Source: Chthoniobacterales bacterium
GTDB lineage: Bacteria > Verrucomicrobiota > Verrucomicrobiia > Chthoniobacterales > Chthoniobacteraceae
Length of the DNA stretch: 64,000 bases
NCBI GenBank assembly: GCA_038207335.1
Contig: JBBQZX010000001.1
Coordinates: 224,001 to 288,000 of the forward strand
Direction of reading: 5' to 3'
Shown: positions 1 to 9,929 of the stretch, piece by piece
How the letters are laid out: every line of letters begins with the position of its first letter
Position numbering within the stretch: the stretch's first letter is position 1
Program-made: the position numbers and the translations under genes
Notes under the pieces: model-generated
Seen by the model: the letters and a program-made list of their open reading frames with translations, nothing else
Databases searched by the model: none
Told to the model about the DNA's origin: nothing

Positions 1-1
1 T

Positions 2-901
2 GATGACTTGATCGATCTGCTTCTGCATCGCCGCGATTTTCGCGGGCACCTCGGCGCTCTCTTTCTTTGCGGTATCCCGTTCGCCGATCGCCGCACCGAT
101 GGCTTTATTCGCCGCCGCGATGCGATCCGCGAACTGCTGCCGCACCTCCTCCGCCGCATCCCGGTCGCTCTGCGCATCTCGCATTTCCTTGCGAATCGTC
201 GCCACCTCCGTGCGCAGCGCCTTGGTCGCCTCCATCGCTTTCGCGCCCTCGGCCTCGGATTTCATCAGCGCCTCTTCGGCGCGATCCGCGCGAGTCTGTA
301 GCTTCGCTTGCATCTCCGCGGATTTCTCGGATTTCTGAATTGCCTCCTCGAGCTTGTGCGCGACATCCGCTTTCTCCGCAGTCACGCGCTCGAGTTCAGT
401 TTTTGCCACGGAAAGTTCGCGTTGCTGGCGCTCGAGGCGATCGGTGATTTCCTTAATTGGGTCGTTGCCGTTGCCAGTGCTACGAGGCGCCTCTGTCATG
501 CGAGCCGACGGTGGGTTCTGCGGTAATTCATCCGGGATCAACCCTTCGGCCGCGCCCGTGCCCGGTAGGGGCCCGGCCATGTCTTCATCGTTGGGCTTGT
601 CGCCGGGTTTGCCCACCTTCGGCTGAATGCGCGCGATCGCCTCTGTCGCGCGATCGTGCCGATGTTTCACGATCGGCGGGTTCCAGCTCGGCCAGCGCTG
701 CGTGATCGTGTCGAGCGTCGAGACGGCCTGTTTGTAGGCCTTCATCGCAGCCGTGAAGCTGTTCTGCCCCTCGGCCTTCTCGCCCTTTTGATAGGCCATG
801 TAGGCATTGAGAAAGTAGTCGCTAGGGTCGGTCGATTGGGCGCGTGCCGGAGCAAGCGAGAGGGCGATCGTGGCGATGAGAAAAAAGATGAACTGCCGCA
901 T
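2..901 (-). CDS. Secreted coiled-coil protein (N-terminal part only; runs off the left edge), possibly TPR-containing
   Basis: Not in the ORF track because it has no stop in the window. Manual translation from ATG at 901 gives MRQFIFFLIATIALSLAPARAQSTDPSDYFLNAYMAYQKGEKAE (signal peptide), then a Pro-rich linker and a long heptad coiled coil (ITDRLERQQRELSVAKTELERVTAEKADVAHKLEEA), open to the edge. Confidence 0.8.
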   Translation of the reverse strand, partial: MRQFIFFLIATIALSLAPARAQSTDPSDYFLNAYMAYQKGEKAEGQNSFTAAMKAYKQAVSTLDTITQRWPSWNPPIVKHRHDRATEAIARIQPKVGKPGDKPNDEDMAGPLPGTGAAEGLIPDELPQNPPSARMTEAPRSTGNGNDPIKEITDRLERQQRELSVAKTELERVTAEKADVAHKLEEAIQKSEKSAEMQAKLQTRADRAEEALMKSEAEGAKAMEATKALRTEVATIRKEMRDAQSDRDAAEEVRQQFADRIAAANKAIGAAIGERDTAKKESAEVPAKIAAMQKQIDQVI

Positions 902-943
902 GGGAGTGGAAAAAGGAGGCGCTGGTTTGGAAAAAAGCGCGCG

Positions 944-972
944 AATCTACTTGAGACGCTAAACCGATGCAA
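944..972 (-). promoter_or_regulatory. Sigma70-type promoter for the gene starting at 901
   Basis: Minus strand reads TTGCAT-17 nt-TAGATT, about 40 nt upstream of the ATG. Confidence 0.5.
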
Positions 973-1031
973 TCAGTTCTCCCACGCGCGCACAGCCACA
1001 GTTTCCACTTCAAAAACTCCCACTTCCTCTT

Positions 1032-1982
1032 TTGAACCGCCTTCCTGTCCCGCCCACGCCTCGCAAGCCTCATGCTGCCTGGATCGGCGGCGATGTGCTC
1101 GACGATTTGCGCGCAGCCGGCACCACCGCCCACCGCCTTTACTCCAGCCCCGACGTTTGGCTCGAGCGCTTCCACGAGGACGCGCTCATTTCGTATCAGC
1201 ACCCCGCCGCTCGCGATTCCGTGCTCACCGAGTTGCCCGCATTCAGCGAGACGCACGGACTCCGCTGGCGGCGGATTTTCGGAAAATATCTACCGCCGAA
1301 AAACGAAGAGCGAGCCGCTCCGCTGCTGCTGCGCGGCGATGCGAGTGCGTCGCTGGAGACGGTGGTCGAGGAGAGCGGGATGAAATTCGGACTGGATTTC
1401 GGCGCGGGATATTCCGCTGGGCTCTTCATCGATCAGCGGGAAAATCGCGCCCATCTCCGCGCGCTCGGCGTGAAGCGAGTGCTGAATACTTTCGCCTACA
1501 CTTGCTCCTTCTCCGTAGCCGCCGCGCTCGCGGGATCGGAGACCACGAGCATCGATCTTTCCAAAAAATCCATCGACCGCGGTTGCGACAATTTCACCCT
1601 CAACGGTCTCGACCCCGCGCGCCACCGCTTCTACGCGGACGACGTGCTCGAGATGCTCCCGCGCCTCGCGCGGAAAGGCGAGCGCTTCGACGCCATCGTG
1701 CTTGATCCGCCGACATTTTCGCGCGGGAGCAAGGGCCGCAAATTCCAAGTCGAGCACGATATGGAAGAACTCCTCCTCGCCGCGCTGGAGGTCGCCGCGC
1801 CTCGTGCCCGCGTGCTCCTTTCCACGAACTGCACGCGCATGAACCGCCCCGCGCTCGAAGCCGTCGCGCGCCACTGTCTGAAGATGACGCGCCAGACCGC
1901 GAGCTTTCACCACCAGCCGCCGCTCAGCGACGTGCCGGCAGAATTCGCCGCGCAAACTCTCTGGCTCACGTTGCGGAGTTAG
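1032..1982 (+). CDS. Class I SAM-dependent methyltransferase, RlmI/RlmK-like (rRNA methyltransferase family)
   Basis: Motifs GLFIDQRENR, VLNTFAYT, IDLS, VLDPPTFS typical of RlmI/RlmK catalytic domains. Confidence 0.8.
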   Translation: MNRLPVPPTPRKPHAAWIGGDVLDDLRAAGTTAHRLYSSPDVWLERFHEDALISYQHPAARDSVLTELPAFSETHGLRWRRIFGKYLPPKNEERAAPLLLRGDASASLETVVEESGMKFGLDFGAGYSAGLFIDQRENRAHLRALGVKRVLNTFAYTCSFSVAAALAGSETTSIDLSKKSIDRGCDNFTLNGLDPARHRFYADDVLEMLPRLARKGERFDAIVLDPPTFSRGSKGRKFQVEHDMEELLLAALEVAAPRARVLLSTNCTRMNRPALEAVARHCLKMTRQTASFHHQPPLSDVPAEFAAQTLWLTLRS

Positions 1983-2009
1983 ACGCGGCTACCGCTTTAT
2001 CACCTCGCG

Positions 2010-2459
2010 CTACGGCGCCCAGCCGGGAAGCTCCGATGCCTGCCGGATCCAGCTCGCCAGCAGTTCCTCGTTGAGCGGTTCATCCTCGTGGATGTGAAGG
2101 TAACGCGTCTCGTTGTTCTTTGACTCCCCGGGGGGAAGCGGACGCAACGACGTGCCGCGGAAAAAGGCGACCTTGATATACTTTGTGAGGCAATGAAACC
2201 CGAGGAACCATCCATGGCCTTCAATGCCATAAAAAGGCGTATTCCACTTCACGGCCTTTTGCACGCCGGGCACCGTGCGCACGATGAGCGCATCGAGGTG
2301 GCGCCCGACGTCGCCCTTCCATGCCGGCATGGCCGCGATGTAGGCCTGCACAGGGGCGTCCCCTTCGGCTTTCGCGATCTGCGGATTGCCGCCTGCCAAA
2401 AGGCTCGGTTTCCCCGCTGCCGAGGAATTCTTTGGGGGAAGCTGTTTGGCGCGTGGCAT
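2010..2459 (-). CDS. DUF1801 (YdhG-like) domain protein
   Basis: LLAGGNPQIAKAEGDAPVQAYIAAMP...KAVKWNTPFYG...YIKVAFFRG...WIRQASELPG pattern. Confidence 0.8.
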   Translation of the reverse strand: MPRAKQLPPKNSSAAGKPSLLAGGNPQIAKAEGDAPVQAYIAAMPAWKGDVGRHLDALIVRTVPGVQKAVKWNTPFYGIEGHGWFLGFHCLTKYIKVAFFRGTSLRPLPPGESKNNETRYLHIHEDEPLNEELLASWIRQASELPGWAP

Positions 2460-2622
2460 TTCGGGACGGGAGCAACGTGGCTGAGCAGAAGCAAGTTTAT
2501 TGAGGTTTCGCGGGAAAGGTGAGCGCTTTTTTGATGAAACTCATTGCGAGAAGCCGCGGGCTGGGTGAGGTGTGAGGGGTCGGTGAGATCGTTTCTTTGA
2601 TCGCCGGTCGCTCCCCTCCTAC

Positions 2623-5600
2623 ATGCTCAAGATTTCCCAGATCGCTGCCGTGGTTTTCCTGTTCGCGGCTTCGTGTTTTGGCGGCGATTCAGTGCTCGTT
2701 TTCAATGAGCTGAATTATCATCCGGCGAATGAATCGACGCAGACGGAGTGGCTGGAACTGCGCAGCCTTCAGGCGGTGGATGTGGACATAGGAGCGTGGA
2801 AAATCGCAGGCGGAATCGACTACACATTTCCCGAGGGAACCGTGATGCCGGGACTCGGTTACTTGGTCGTCGCGGCGACCCCCGGGCAAATTTCCGGTGC
2901 GCTCGGGCCATTCACGGGACAACTCGCGAATGGCGGAGAGACGATCCGCCTGCTGAATCGCAATGGGCGCGTGATGGATGAGCTGACTTACAGCGACAGC
3001 GGCGACTGGCCGGTGGGCCCGGATGGTGGGGGAGTGACTCTGGTCCGGCGGCGCGCGAGTGCTGGCATTGGGGCGAGCGAGTGGACGGCGAGCCCGCAGC
3101 TCGGTGGGACGCCGGGAGCGACGAATTTCATCACGACGCCGACGGATAGTTCGTTGATCGCGACTCGTTCGGCGTGGAGATATCGCGACGCGGATGCGGC
3201 GCCGCCCGCTGGCTGGCAGGCGAGCGCTTTCGATGACTCGGCTTGGACGCAGGCAAACGCGACTTTCGGCACGCCCGGGGGCGGCGCGACAACGCTGACG
3301 GTGACGGCGAATCTCGTGGAGCGATTCCGCGCGAGCGCGATCACGGGCGTGGCGGATGGTGCGGTCGTCTCGACATGGTTCGACAGCGCGACCGGCGACG
3401 GTGTCTCACAAAATGCGAGCGCCGGGGGCACCTCTCCGACGCTGCGGCTGAATGTGACGCCGAGCGGAAAACCGGTGGTCCGATTTAACGGGAGCAGTGA
3501 GCTGCGGACCACGACTTCGCCGGGGATCGGCGCGACCAACGGCTGCGTGTACTTCGTCGTGCTGAGAGCGATCGGTGCGCAGGCGGACGGGAACTATCTT
3601 CTCGACCGAAATATCACCAGCGGCGGCGCACCGCTGATGTCGTTGAAGCCGCAGAGCGGTGCGTTTGCGCTGCAAAAGCGCTACTCGGATAATTCCGGAC
3701 TCGGCGGGCCAGTCTCGACCACGCCCATCTCGACGACAGCTTTCCAGATCGTCGCCGTGCGGCGCAACCGGACGCAGAATCGCTTCGAGATGTGGGTGAA
3801 CGGCGTCATGGAATCCACAAACGCGGACACCGGCGGCGCGCTGACGCCCGACCCGGTGAATATCGGACGCCACGCGAGCAATGGCGTCGGCTTCAACGGC
3901 GACATTGCCGAGGTGCTCATCTACAACAGCGAACTCAGCGACGCCGATTTCCTGTCGGTCGGCACTTATCTCGAATCCGAGTACGGCCTCAATACCGCGT
4001 TCCCCGATGCCGCGGCTGCGACGCCGCTGTCGAGCACAGCTCCGACGAGTTATTTTCGTAAGGCATTTGCGTACTCCGGAGAGCCTGCGCGCACGACTTT
4101 GCGGCTGACTCATACAGTCGCGGATGGTGCAGTCTTCTACCTGAACGGCACGGAGATTTACCGCGCGAACATGCCGGGAGGCACGGTGATTCACACGACC
4201 GGGGCGTCTTCGATCGTCGCAAATCCCGGGTCAGTCGGGCCAATCGCCGTACCCGCATCGGTGCTGGTGCGCGGGCAGAATGTGCTTGCGGTCTCGTTGC
4301 ACAAAGCGAGCGGCAGCACGCGCGCGTTCTTCGATGCGGCGCTGGATTCGACGGAGGCGCCGCCCGATCCAAATGCCTCGGCGGCATTCGTCTTGAGCGA
4401 AATCTCCGGCGCCGGCGATCCGGGATTCTTCATCGAAGTGCAGAATACCTCTACGACCGCGGGAAACACCAGCGGGTGGGTTTTGAAGACGAGCGCGGGC
4501 GGGACATTCACGCTCCCGGCGCAGGCTGTGGCGGCGGGAGGCTTCGCGTCGTTCACGGCGGCACAGCTTGGATTGCCGACTTTCGATGGGTTGCGGCTGT
4601 CGCTCTTCGCGCCGGGAGGGAGCGAATTCCACGACGCCCGCCTCGTGACCGGCACCCTGCGAGGCCTGACGAATACAGGAGCGTGGGGCCATCCCACGAC
4701 CGCGACGCCCGGCTCGGCGAACCTTGTTGCGGTCACAGACGCCATCGTGATCAACGAGATCTTCTACCACGGCGTGGACGGCTCGCCGGAGCAGTGGATC
4801 GAGCTTTATAACAAATCCGTCGGTACCGTGGACGTCGGCGGCTGGAAATTTACCAGCGGAGTCACCTTCACCATTCCTGCCGGCACGACGATTCCCGCCG
4901 ATAGCTACCGCGTCATCGCGTGGGATCCTGTGGCGTTTGCTGCGTCGCATTCCGGTGTCTCGGCGCTTGGGCCGTGGAGCGGTTCGCTGAGTGGGAAAGG
5001 GGAGGTGATCCGGCTGGAGGACACCAACGGAAACGTCGCGGACGAGGTTCCGTATTTCGATGGCGGGCGCTGGAGCGAGTGGGCGGATGGCGGCGGCTCG
5101 AGCCTTGAACTGCGCGACCCGCGTGCGGACAACTCGAAGGGCGAGGCATGGGCTGCCAGCGACGAGAGCGGAAACTCGAGTTGGCAGAATTTCAGCTACT
5201 CCGGCTCCGGCGCGAAGAGCAACGCGAACGACCCGACGAACTACAACGAATTCGTGTTCGGCCTCCTCAACAGCGGGGAGTGCCTCATGGACGACATTAG
5301 CGTGAAAGACACCACCCTCGGCGGTGTTGAGCTGATCCAGAACGGCACTTTCAGCGGCAGCGTGCCCGACTTCTGGCGCATTATTGGGACGCACAGCGGC
5401 AGTATTGTCGGCGGGGCGTTGAAAATCAGCGCCACCGGCGGCACGGAGCACATGAGCAATCACGCGGAGACGACGCTGAAAAACGGTTCCAGCTACTACG
5501 ACATCTCGCAATACGACACTCTTCCTCACACGTATGCCGTCAGCTTCCGCGCCAAATGGCTCCGCGGCTCGAACCGCCTCGACCTTCGCCTCTGGCACAA

Positions 5601-8334
5601 TCGCCTCGCCAAACAGATACTCCTCAGCCGCCCCGCGACCGGCGGCACGCCCGGTGCCGTGAATGGCCAGCGCGTCGCGCATATCGGCCCCACTTTCGAC
5701 GCGCTCGCACATGCGCCCGCAGTCCCCGCCGCGGCACAAACCGCGACCGTGACCGTCCGCGTCGCTGACCCCGACGGTATCGGTAGCGTGCAGCTTTTCA
5801 CCTCGGTCAATGGCGCGGCTTTCGCGAGCACCGCCATGACGGCGAGCGGTGGCATTTACACCGGGACTGTCCCGGGGCAATCGGCGGGCGCGCTTGTGCA
5901 GTTCTACATCCGCGCGACTGATTCGCTCGGCGCAGTGTCGTTCTTCCCAGCCGCCGGGGCCGCCTCTCGGGCGATAATCCCCTGGCAGGATGGCCGTGCG
6001 CAACTCGTGCTAGGGAGCGGCAAAAGGCCGCATAACTTCCGCGTTGCGATGCCTACCGCCGACGCGAGCGAGCTCTACAGACCCGAAAATCTCATGGGTG
6101 ACACCGCCCGCCCCTGCACCGTGATCCTCGACGAAAATGAAATCTTCTACGGCGCAGGCGTCCGCCTGAAAAGCAGCGAGCACGGGCGTTTTGACGATCA
6201 GCGCTGCGGACTCACTCTTGAGTTTCCTGCCGACCAGCTCCTTTTCGGAATCAACGGCACCATTTCTCTGGATCGCTCCGGGGGACCCAGTGCCGGGCAA
6301 AGAGAGATCCTCCTCAAACGCCTCGAAAACACTGCGGGCGGCATCTACGCCTCGGAGGACGACCTCGCTCGCATCATCTCGCCCATCGGCACCGTGCCGC
6401 CCGCGAAATTCAACGGTGCCAATCTTTCCACCATCGCCATCCTCTCCAAATCCCGCCTCGACAAACAATACCTTGACGACCAGTGGCCGGGCGGAGGCAG
6501 CGGCTCCCAGCACAAATACGAACTGATCTACGTCCTCACGCAGACCATCGACCCTGCGGGAAACGTCACATCGATCACCTCCGCGAATGTCCTCTCCGCC
6601 GTCGCCGAGCTGCCGAAAATCCCTCAGGATAGTCCCGGGCCCAATGGCGGCGTCCCCGTCAGCAGTCTTGGCTCCGACAAAGAGAGCTACCGCTGGTATT
6701 GGCTCCTCCAAAATGGGCGCGATGCCGACGACTACACCGGCATCATGAACGTCACTAACGCCATCGGGCAGGCGTCAGGCACCTCGAGTTTCAATACCCT
6801 CGTGGATCAGTACGTCGATGTCAGCACATGGCTTCGCTCCTGCATCCCCGCTACGCTCTACGGCGTCACCGATAACTATCTCTCCGGCAGCAGGCACAAT
6901 ACCCTCATCTATTTCCCTCCCGGTCGGAAGGCCGTCCTCATGCCGTGGGACCTCGATTACCTTCAATCGAGCAACGTCACCACCACCTCCCTCACCAACG
7001 GCGGCGACGTCACCAAATTCATCGCAAACCCCGTCTGGAAGCGCCTCTTCTACGGCCACATGCTCGACATCCTGAACCGCTCCTTCAACACGACCTACAT
7101 GACGACGTGGGCCGACCACTACTCGAGCTTTGGCACCGAGAACATGACCGCCTACGTGAGCGCCTACCTCACCCAACGCGCTGCCTACGCCCGCTCGCAG
7201 ATTTCCCAGCCCAGCACAGGGATTCCCCCAGTCTCCTTCACCCGCACCAGCCCCAGCCCCACCACCGTCAACGCCCCCTTCGCCACCGTCACCGGCACCG
7301 GCTGGATCGACATCGCAGAAATCCGCCTCCAGGGCAGCACCAAGCCCCTCGCCGTCACATGGACCGGCGAGAGCACCTTCTCCCTCCAGCTCCCCATCAG
7401 CTCCGGGACCAAGACCTACACCCTCGTCGCCTTCAATAACCCCGGCGGACAGCTCGGCACCATCTCCACCACCATCACCGGCGGCGGCGGCATTTTCCCC
7501 GCAGCCGCAGGCGACCTCATCGTCAGCGAGCTGAACTACAACCCCCCCGGCAGCGGCGACACCACCGAGTTCATCGAACTCCAAAACATCAGCCCCAATA
7601 CCCTCGACCTCACCGGCTGCCACTTCGACGAAGAAGCCGGCCAGGGCATCGCCTACACCTTCCCCTCCGCGCGCCAGCTCATCCCCGGAGAGCGCATCGT
7701 CGTCGCGAAAAATCACGCCTCCTTCCTCACCATGTACCCTGGCGCATCCGCCCAGCTCGCTGTCGGCGAATACGACCCCAGCTCCCTCGACAACAGCGGC
7801 GAATCCCTCGTCCTTTACGCCGCCAGCGGCCTCGAAATCTTCCGCTTCACCTACGGCACCACCATCGCCAGCGCCAATGGCGGCGGCCGCACCCTCGTCC
7901 GCGTCATCTCCAGCACCCACCCCGACCCTGCCGACTACACCTGGCGCGCCAGCACCGCCAATGGCGGCAATCCCGGCACCACCGACGCCTCCCCGTTCAC
8001 CGGCGTCCCCCTCGCCGACGCCGACCGCGACGGCCTCACCGCCCTCATCGAGAACGCCCTCGGCACCAGTGACACCGTCGGCACCCCGCCTCCGTGGACC
8101 TTCATCAAAGACGCGCAAGGACGCTGGCTCTTCACCTTCCCCCGCGCCCTGAACGCCGACGACGTCACCCTCACCATCGAGAGCACCCCCGACCTCGCCA
8201 CCCCGTTCACCACCGCCGCCGCGACCCTCATCAGCTCCACGCCCTCGGGCAACACCGCCATTGAGACCTACCAAATCGTCCCGCCCGGCGGAGCCCCCAC
8301 GTTCTTCGTCCGGCTAAAAGCCACCCTCCGCTGA
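2623..8334 (+). CDS. Large secreted lamin-tail-domain / LamG-like / CotH-kinase family protein
   Basis: Signal peptide; repeated LTD starts (VFNELNYHP, VLSEISG, VINEIFYH, IVSELNYNP) with GTPG ends; LamG-like segment (FNGDIAEVLIYNSELS); CotH-like motifs (GVRLKSS, DNY...HN, LMPWDLD); C-terminal DADRDG...FFVRL. Confidence 0.8.
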   Translation: MLKISQIAAVVFLFAASCFGGDSVLVFNELNYHPANESTQTEWLELRSLQAVDVDIGAWKIAGGIDYTFPEGTVMPGLGYLVVAATPGQISGALGPFTGQLANGGETIRLLNRNGRVMDELTYSDSGDWPVGPDGGGVTLVRRRASAGIGASEWTASPQLGGTPGATNFITTPTDSSLIATRSAWRYRDADAAPPAGWQASAFDDSAWTQANATFGTPGGGATTLTVTANLVERFRASAITGVADGAVVSTWFDSATGDGVSQNASAGGTSPTLRLNVTPSGKPVVRFNGSSELRTTTSPGIGATNGCVYFVVLRAIGAQADGNYLLDRNITSGGAPLMSLKPQSGAFALQKRYSDNSGLGGPVSTTPISTTAFQIVAVRRNRTQNRFEMWVNGVMESTNADTGGALTPDPVNIGRHASNGVGFNGDIAEVLIYNSELSDADFLSVGTYLESEYGLNTAFPDAAAATPLSSTAPTSYFRKAFAYSGEPARTTLRLTHTVADGAVFYLNGTEIYRANMPGGTVIHTTGASSIVANPGSVGPIAVPASVLVRGQNVLAVSLHKASGSTRAFFDAALDSTEAPPDPNASAAFVLSEISGAGDPGFFIEVQNTSTTAGNTSGWVLKTSAGGTFTLPAQAVAAGGFASFTAAQLGLPTFDGLRLSLFAPGGSEFHDARLVTGTLRGLTNTGAWGHPTTATPGSANLVAVTDAIVINEIFYHGVDGSPEQWIELYNKSVGTVDVGGWKFTSGVTFTIPAGTTIPADSYRVIAWDPVAFAASHSGVSALGPWSGSLSGKGEVIRLEDTNGNVADEVPYFDGGRWSEWADGGGSSLELRDPRADNSKGEAWAASDESGNSSWQNFSYSGSGAKSNANDPTNYNEFVFGLLNSGECLMDDISVKDTTLGGVELIQNGTFSGSVPDFWRIIGTHSGSIVGGALKISATGGTEHMSNHAETTLKNGSSYYDISQYDTLPHTYAVSFRAKWLRGSNRLDLRLWHNRLAKQILLSRPATGGTPGAVNGQRVAHIGPTFDALAHAPAVPAAAQTATVTVRVADPDGIGSVQLFTSVNGAAFASTAMTASGGIYTGTVPGQSAGALVQFYIRATDSLGAVSFFPAAGAASRAIIPWQDGRAQLVLGSGKRPHNFRVAMPTADASELYRPENLMGDTARPCTVILDENEIFYGAGVRLKSSEHGRFDDQRCGLTLEFPADQLLFGINGTISLDRSGGPSAGQREILLKRLENTAGGIYASEDDLARIISPIGTVPPAKFNGANLSTIAILSKSRLDKQYLDDQWPGGGSGSQHKYELIYVLTQTIDPAGNVTSITSANVLSAVAELPKIPQDSPGPNGGVPVSSLGSDKESYRWYWLLQNGRDADDYTGIMNVTNAIGQASGTSSFNTLVDQYVDVSTWLRSCIPATLYGVTDNYLSGSRHNTLIYFPPGRKAVLMPWDLDYLQSSNVTTTSLTNGGDVTKFIANPVWKRLFYGHMLDILNRSFNTTYMTTWADHYSSFGTENMTAYVSAYLTQRAAYARSQISQPSTGIPPVSFTRTSPSPTTVNAPFATVTGTGWIDIAEIRLQGSTKPLAVTWTGESTFSLQLPISSGTKTYTLVAFNNPGGQLGTISTTITGGGGIFPAAAGDLIVSELNYNPPGSGDTTEFIELQNISPNTLDLTGCHFDEEAGQGIAYTFPSARQLIPGERIVVAKNHASFLTMYPGASAQLAVGEYDPSSLDNSGESLVLYAASGLEIFRFTYGTTIASANGGGRTLVRVISSTHPDPADYTWRASTANGGNPGTTDASPFTGVPLADADRDGLTALIENALGTSDTVGTPPPWTFIKDAQGRWLFTFPRALNADDVTLTIESTPDLATPFTTAAATLISSTPSGNTAIETYQIVPPGGAPTFFVRLKATLR

Positions 8335-8501
8335 CCCGGCGGAGCCTCTCCTCCGGTGTGGGAGAAAATCGCGAGCCCGTCCTGCTCTGATCGCGACTTG
8401 GAAAGTCGAGCGCGGGAAATCCACGGAGCCATTTCCTGTAAAGGAGATGCGTCCCCGAACACCTTCCCGCGAATGGATCAGGGCCCTTCCTTCCAAACGC
8501 C

Positions 8502-9917
8502 TCAACGCGGGGACCCACCCGCCACCTCCGCCAACAACGCCGCAGCCTCCCCCACGCACGTCTCAAACGGATCCGGCATCAACAAAGGCGCGCAGCCATC
8601 CACCGCGATCGAATCCCAATTCACCACAAACGCCGCCTCACTCCCCATCAGCCCCGCCACCGCCGCCCCCCGGCCCGCCGCCCTCGTATCCCCAGGCGGC
8701 CGAACTGATGCCGCAGCCGCATCGATCCGCGCATTCCAATCCGCAATCCGTGGCGCCGGCTCGATCCCCCCCAGAAACCCCTTCGCCGGATCGATATGAT
8801 GATATTCCAGATCGAGACTCTCCAGCCACGGATCATCCCACTCCACCCCCTCGCTGTCCCGGAACGTCTCCAACAGCCACCGCTTCGTCACCCAATCCAC
8901 CCCCCCCAGCAGCCGCGAATGATCCTCCCGGAGCGCCTCCAGCGTGAATCCCCAACTCTCCAGAATCCAATCCGTCTCCCCATCCCGTCCCGCCAAAACC
9001 CGCCGAGCGTGCGCCAGCAAGGTCTCCTGGATTTCCAAAGCCCCCCGCTGCCTCCCATCCTCCAGCATCACCTCCGCCCGCCCGGTTCCTTCGTGCGAGA
9101 TCTTCCGCATCGCGATCACCGCATCGGCTAAAATGACATCCACAGGCAGCGAGCGCTCCTCCAGCATCGTGAGCACGAGCGAGGTCGTCCCGATCTTCAG
9201 CGCCGTGGCAAAAGGGCAGACATTCGAGTCGCCGACGAGCAAGTGCAGCCGGCGATATCGGCGGAAATCCGCAAGCGGCTCATCCCTCGCATTGATGATC
9301 GAGCGGTTGAACTGCACCCACTGGTAGATGTCGTTCACCATGTGGTCCGCGCGCTGCGAAAGCTGAAAATCCACCTTCACGCCCGCGGGCGGGGAACCCG
9401 GATCGAACGCATATTCGCGCGCCACACCCACCCGGCCACTCCCGGTGAAGATCTGCCGGGTGGCGAGAAAGGAAAGGAGCGTCCCGATCCCCGCCTCATC
9501 GAACTCGGTATCGCGCCGCATGAGGTAATTCTCGTGACAGCCAAAGGTCGCATCAGTGCGGTGATCGATATTGTTCCGGTAAAAGGCCACCTCACCGTCC
9601 GCGCCCATCTTTTCCACCGCCGCCTGCAAAAGCCGGTCGCCCGCGAAGTCGTAAGCCACCGCATCCACCAGCGAACGACACTCCGGGGAGGCGTATTCGA
9701 GGTGCCCCATATCGATGTAAATGCGGCCGCCATTCCGCAGAAACCCGCCATTCCCCGGCGGCTCCTCGTAGTCCCGATAGTGCCGGTCCAGCGCGCCGAC
9801 TTTATCGACGCGAAACAGAAAATCCTTCACCCGCACCGGCCACGCATCCGCTCCGCCAACCCCCGCCCCCGAGACCAGGCAGCCATATTCGGTTTCGATG
9901 CCGACGACGCGGTTCAA
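8502..9917 (-). CDS. Pup/UBact ligase-deamidase family protein (PafA/Dop family; sequence is more PafA-like)
   Basis: GIETEYG, NGGRIYIDMGHLEYASPEC, TFGCHENY, FLATRQIFTGSG, SQRADH, RSIINARDEPLAD, YRRLHLLVGDSN, LKIGTT, DWVTK, DLEYH. TTG start. Confidence 0.9.
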   Translation of the reverse strand: MNRVVGIETEYGCLVSGAGVGGADAWPVRVKDFLFRVDKVGALDRHYRDYEEPPGNGGFLRNGGRIYIDMGHLEYASPECRSLVDAVAYDFAGDRLLQAAVEKMGADGEVAFYRNNIDHRTDATFGCHENYLMRRDTEFDEAGIGTLLSFLATRQIFTGSGRVGVAREYAFDPGSPPAGVKVDFQLSQRADHMVNDIYQWVQFNRSIINARDEPLADFRRYRRLHLLVGDSNVCPFATALKIGTTSLVLTMLEERSLPVDVILADAVIAMRKISHEGTGRAEVMLEDGRQRGALEIQETLLAHARRVLAGRDGETDWILESWGFTLEALREDHSRLLGGVDWVTKRWLLETFRDSEGVEWDDPWLESLDLEYHHIDPAKGFLGGIEPAPRIADWNARIDAAAASVRPPGDTRAAGRGAAVAGLMGSEAAFVVNWDSIAVDGCAPLLMPDPFETCVGEAAALLAEVAGGSPR

Positions 9918-9929
9918 GGCGCGCCCCGG

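Noticed and set aside
656..1705. 349-aa plus-strand ORF
   Set aside because: Arg-rich, overlaps both the minus-strand secreted protein and the methyltransferase in another frame.
8335..8501. Pup/UBact gene or ncRNA between the CotH and pafA genes
   Set aside because: No small acidic ORF ending in GGE/GGQ-like residues; only short hairpins (e.g. CGACTT-GGA-AAGTCG) with no recognisable RNA family.
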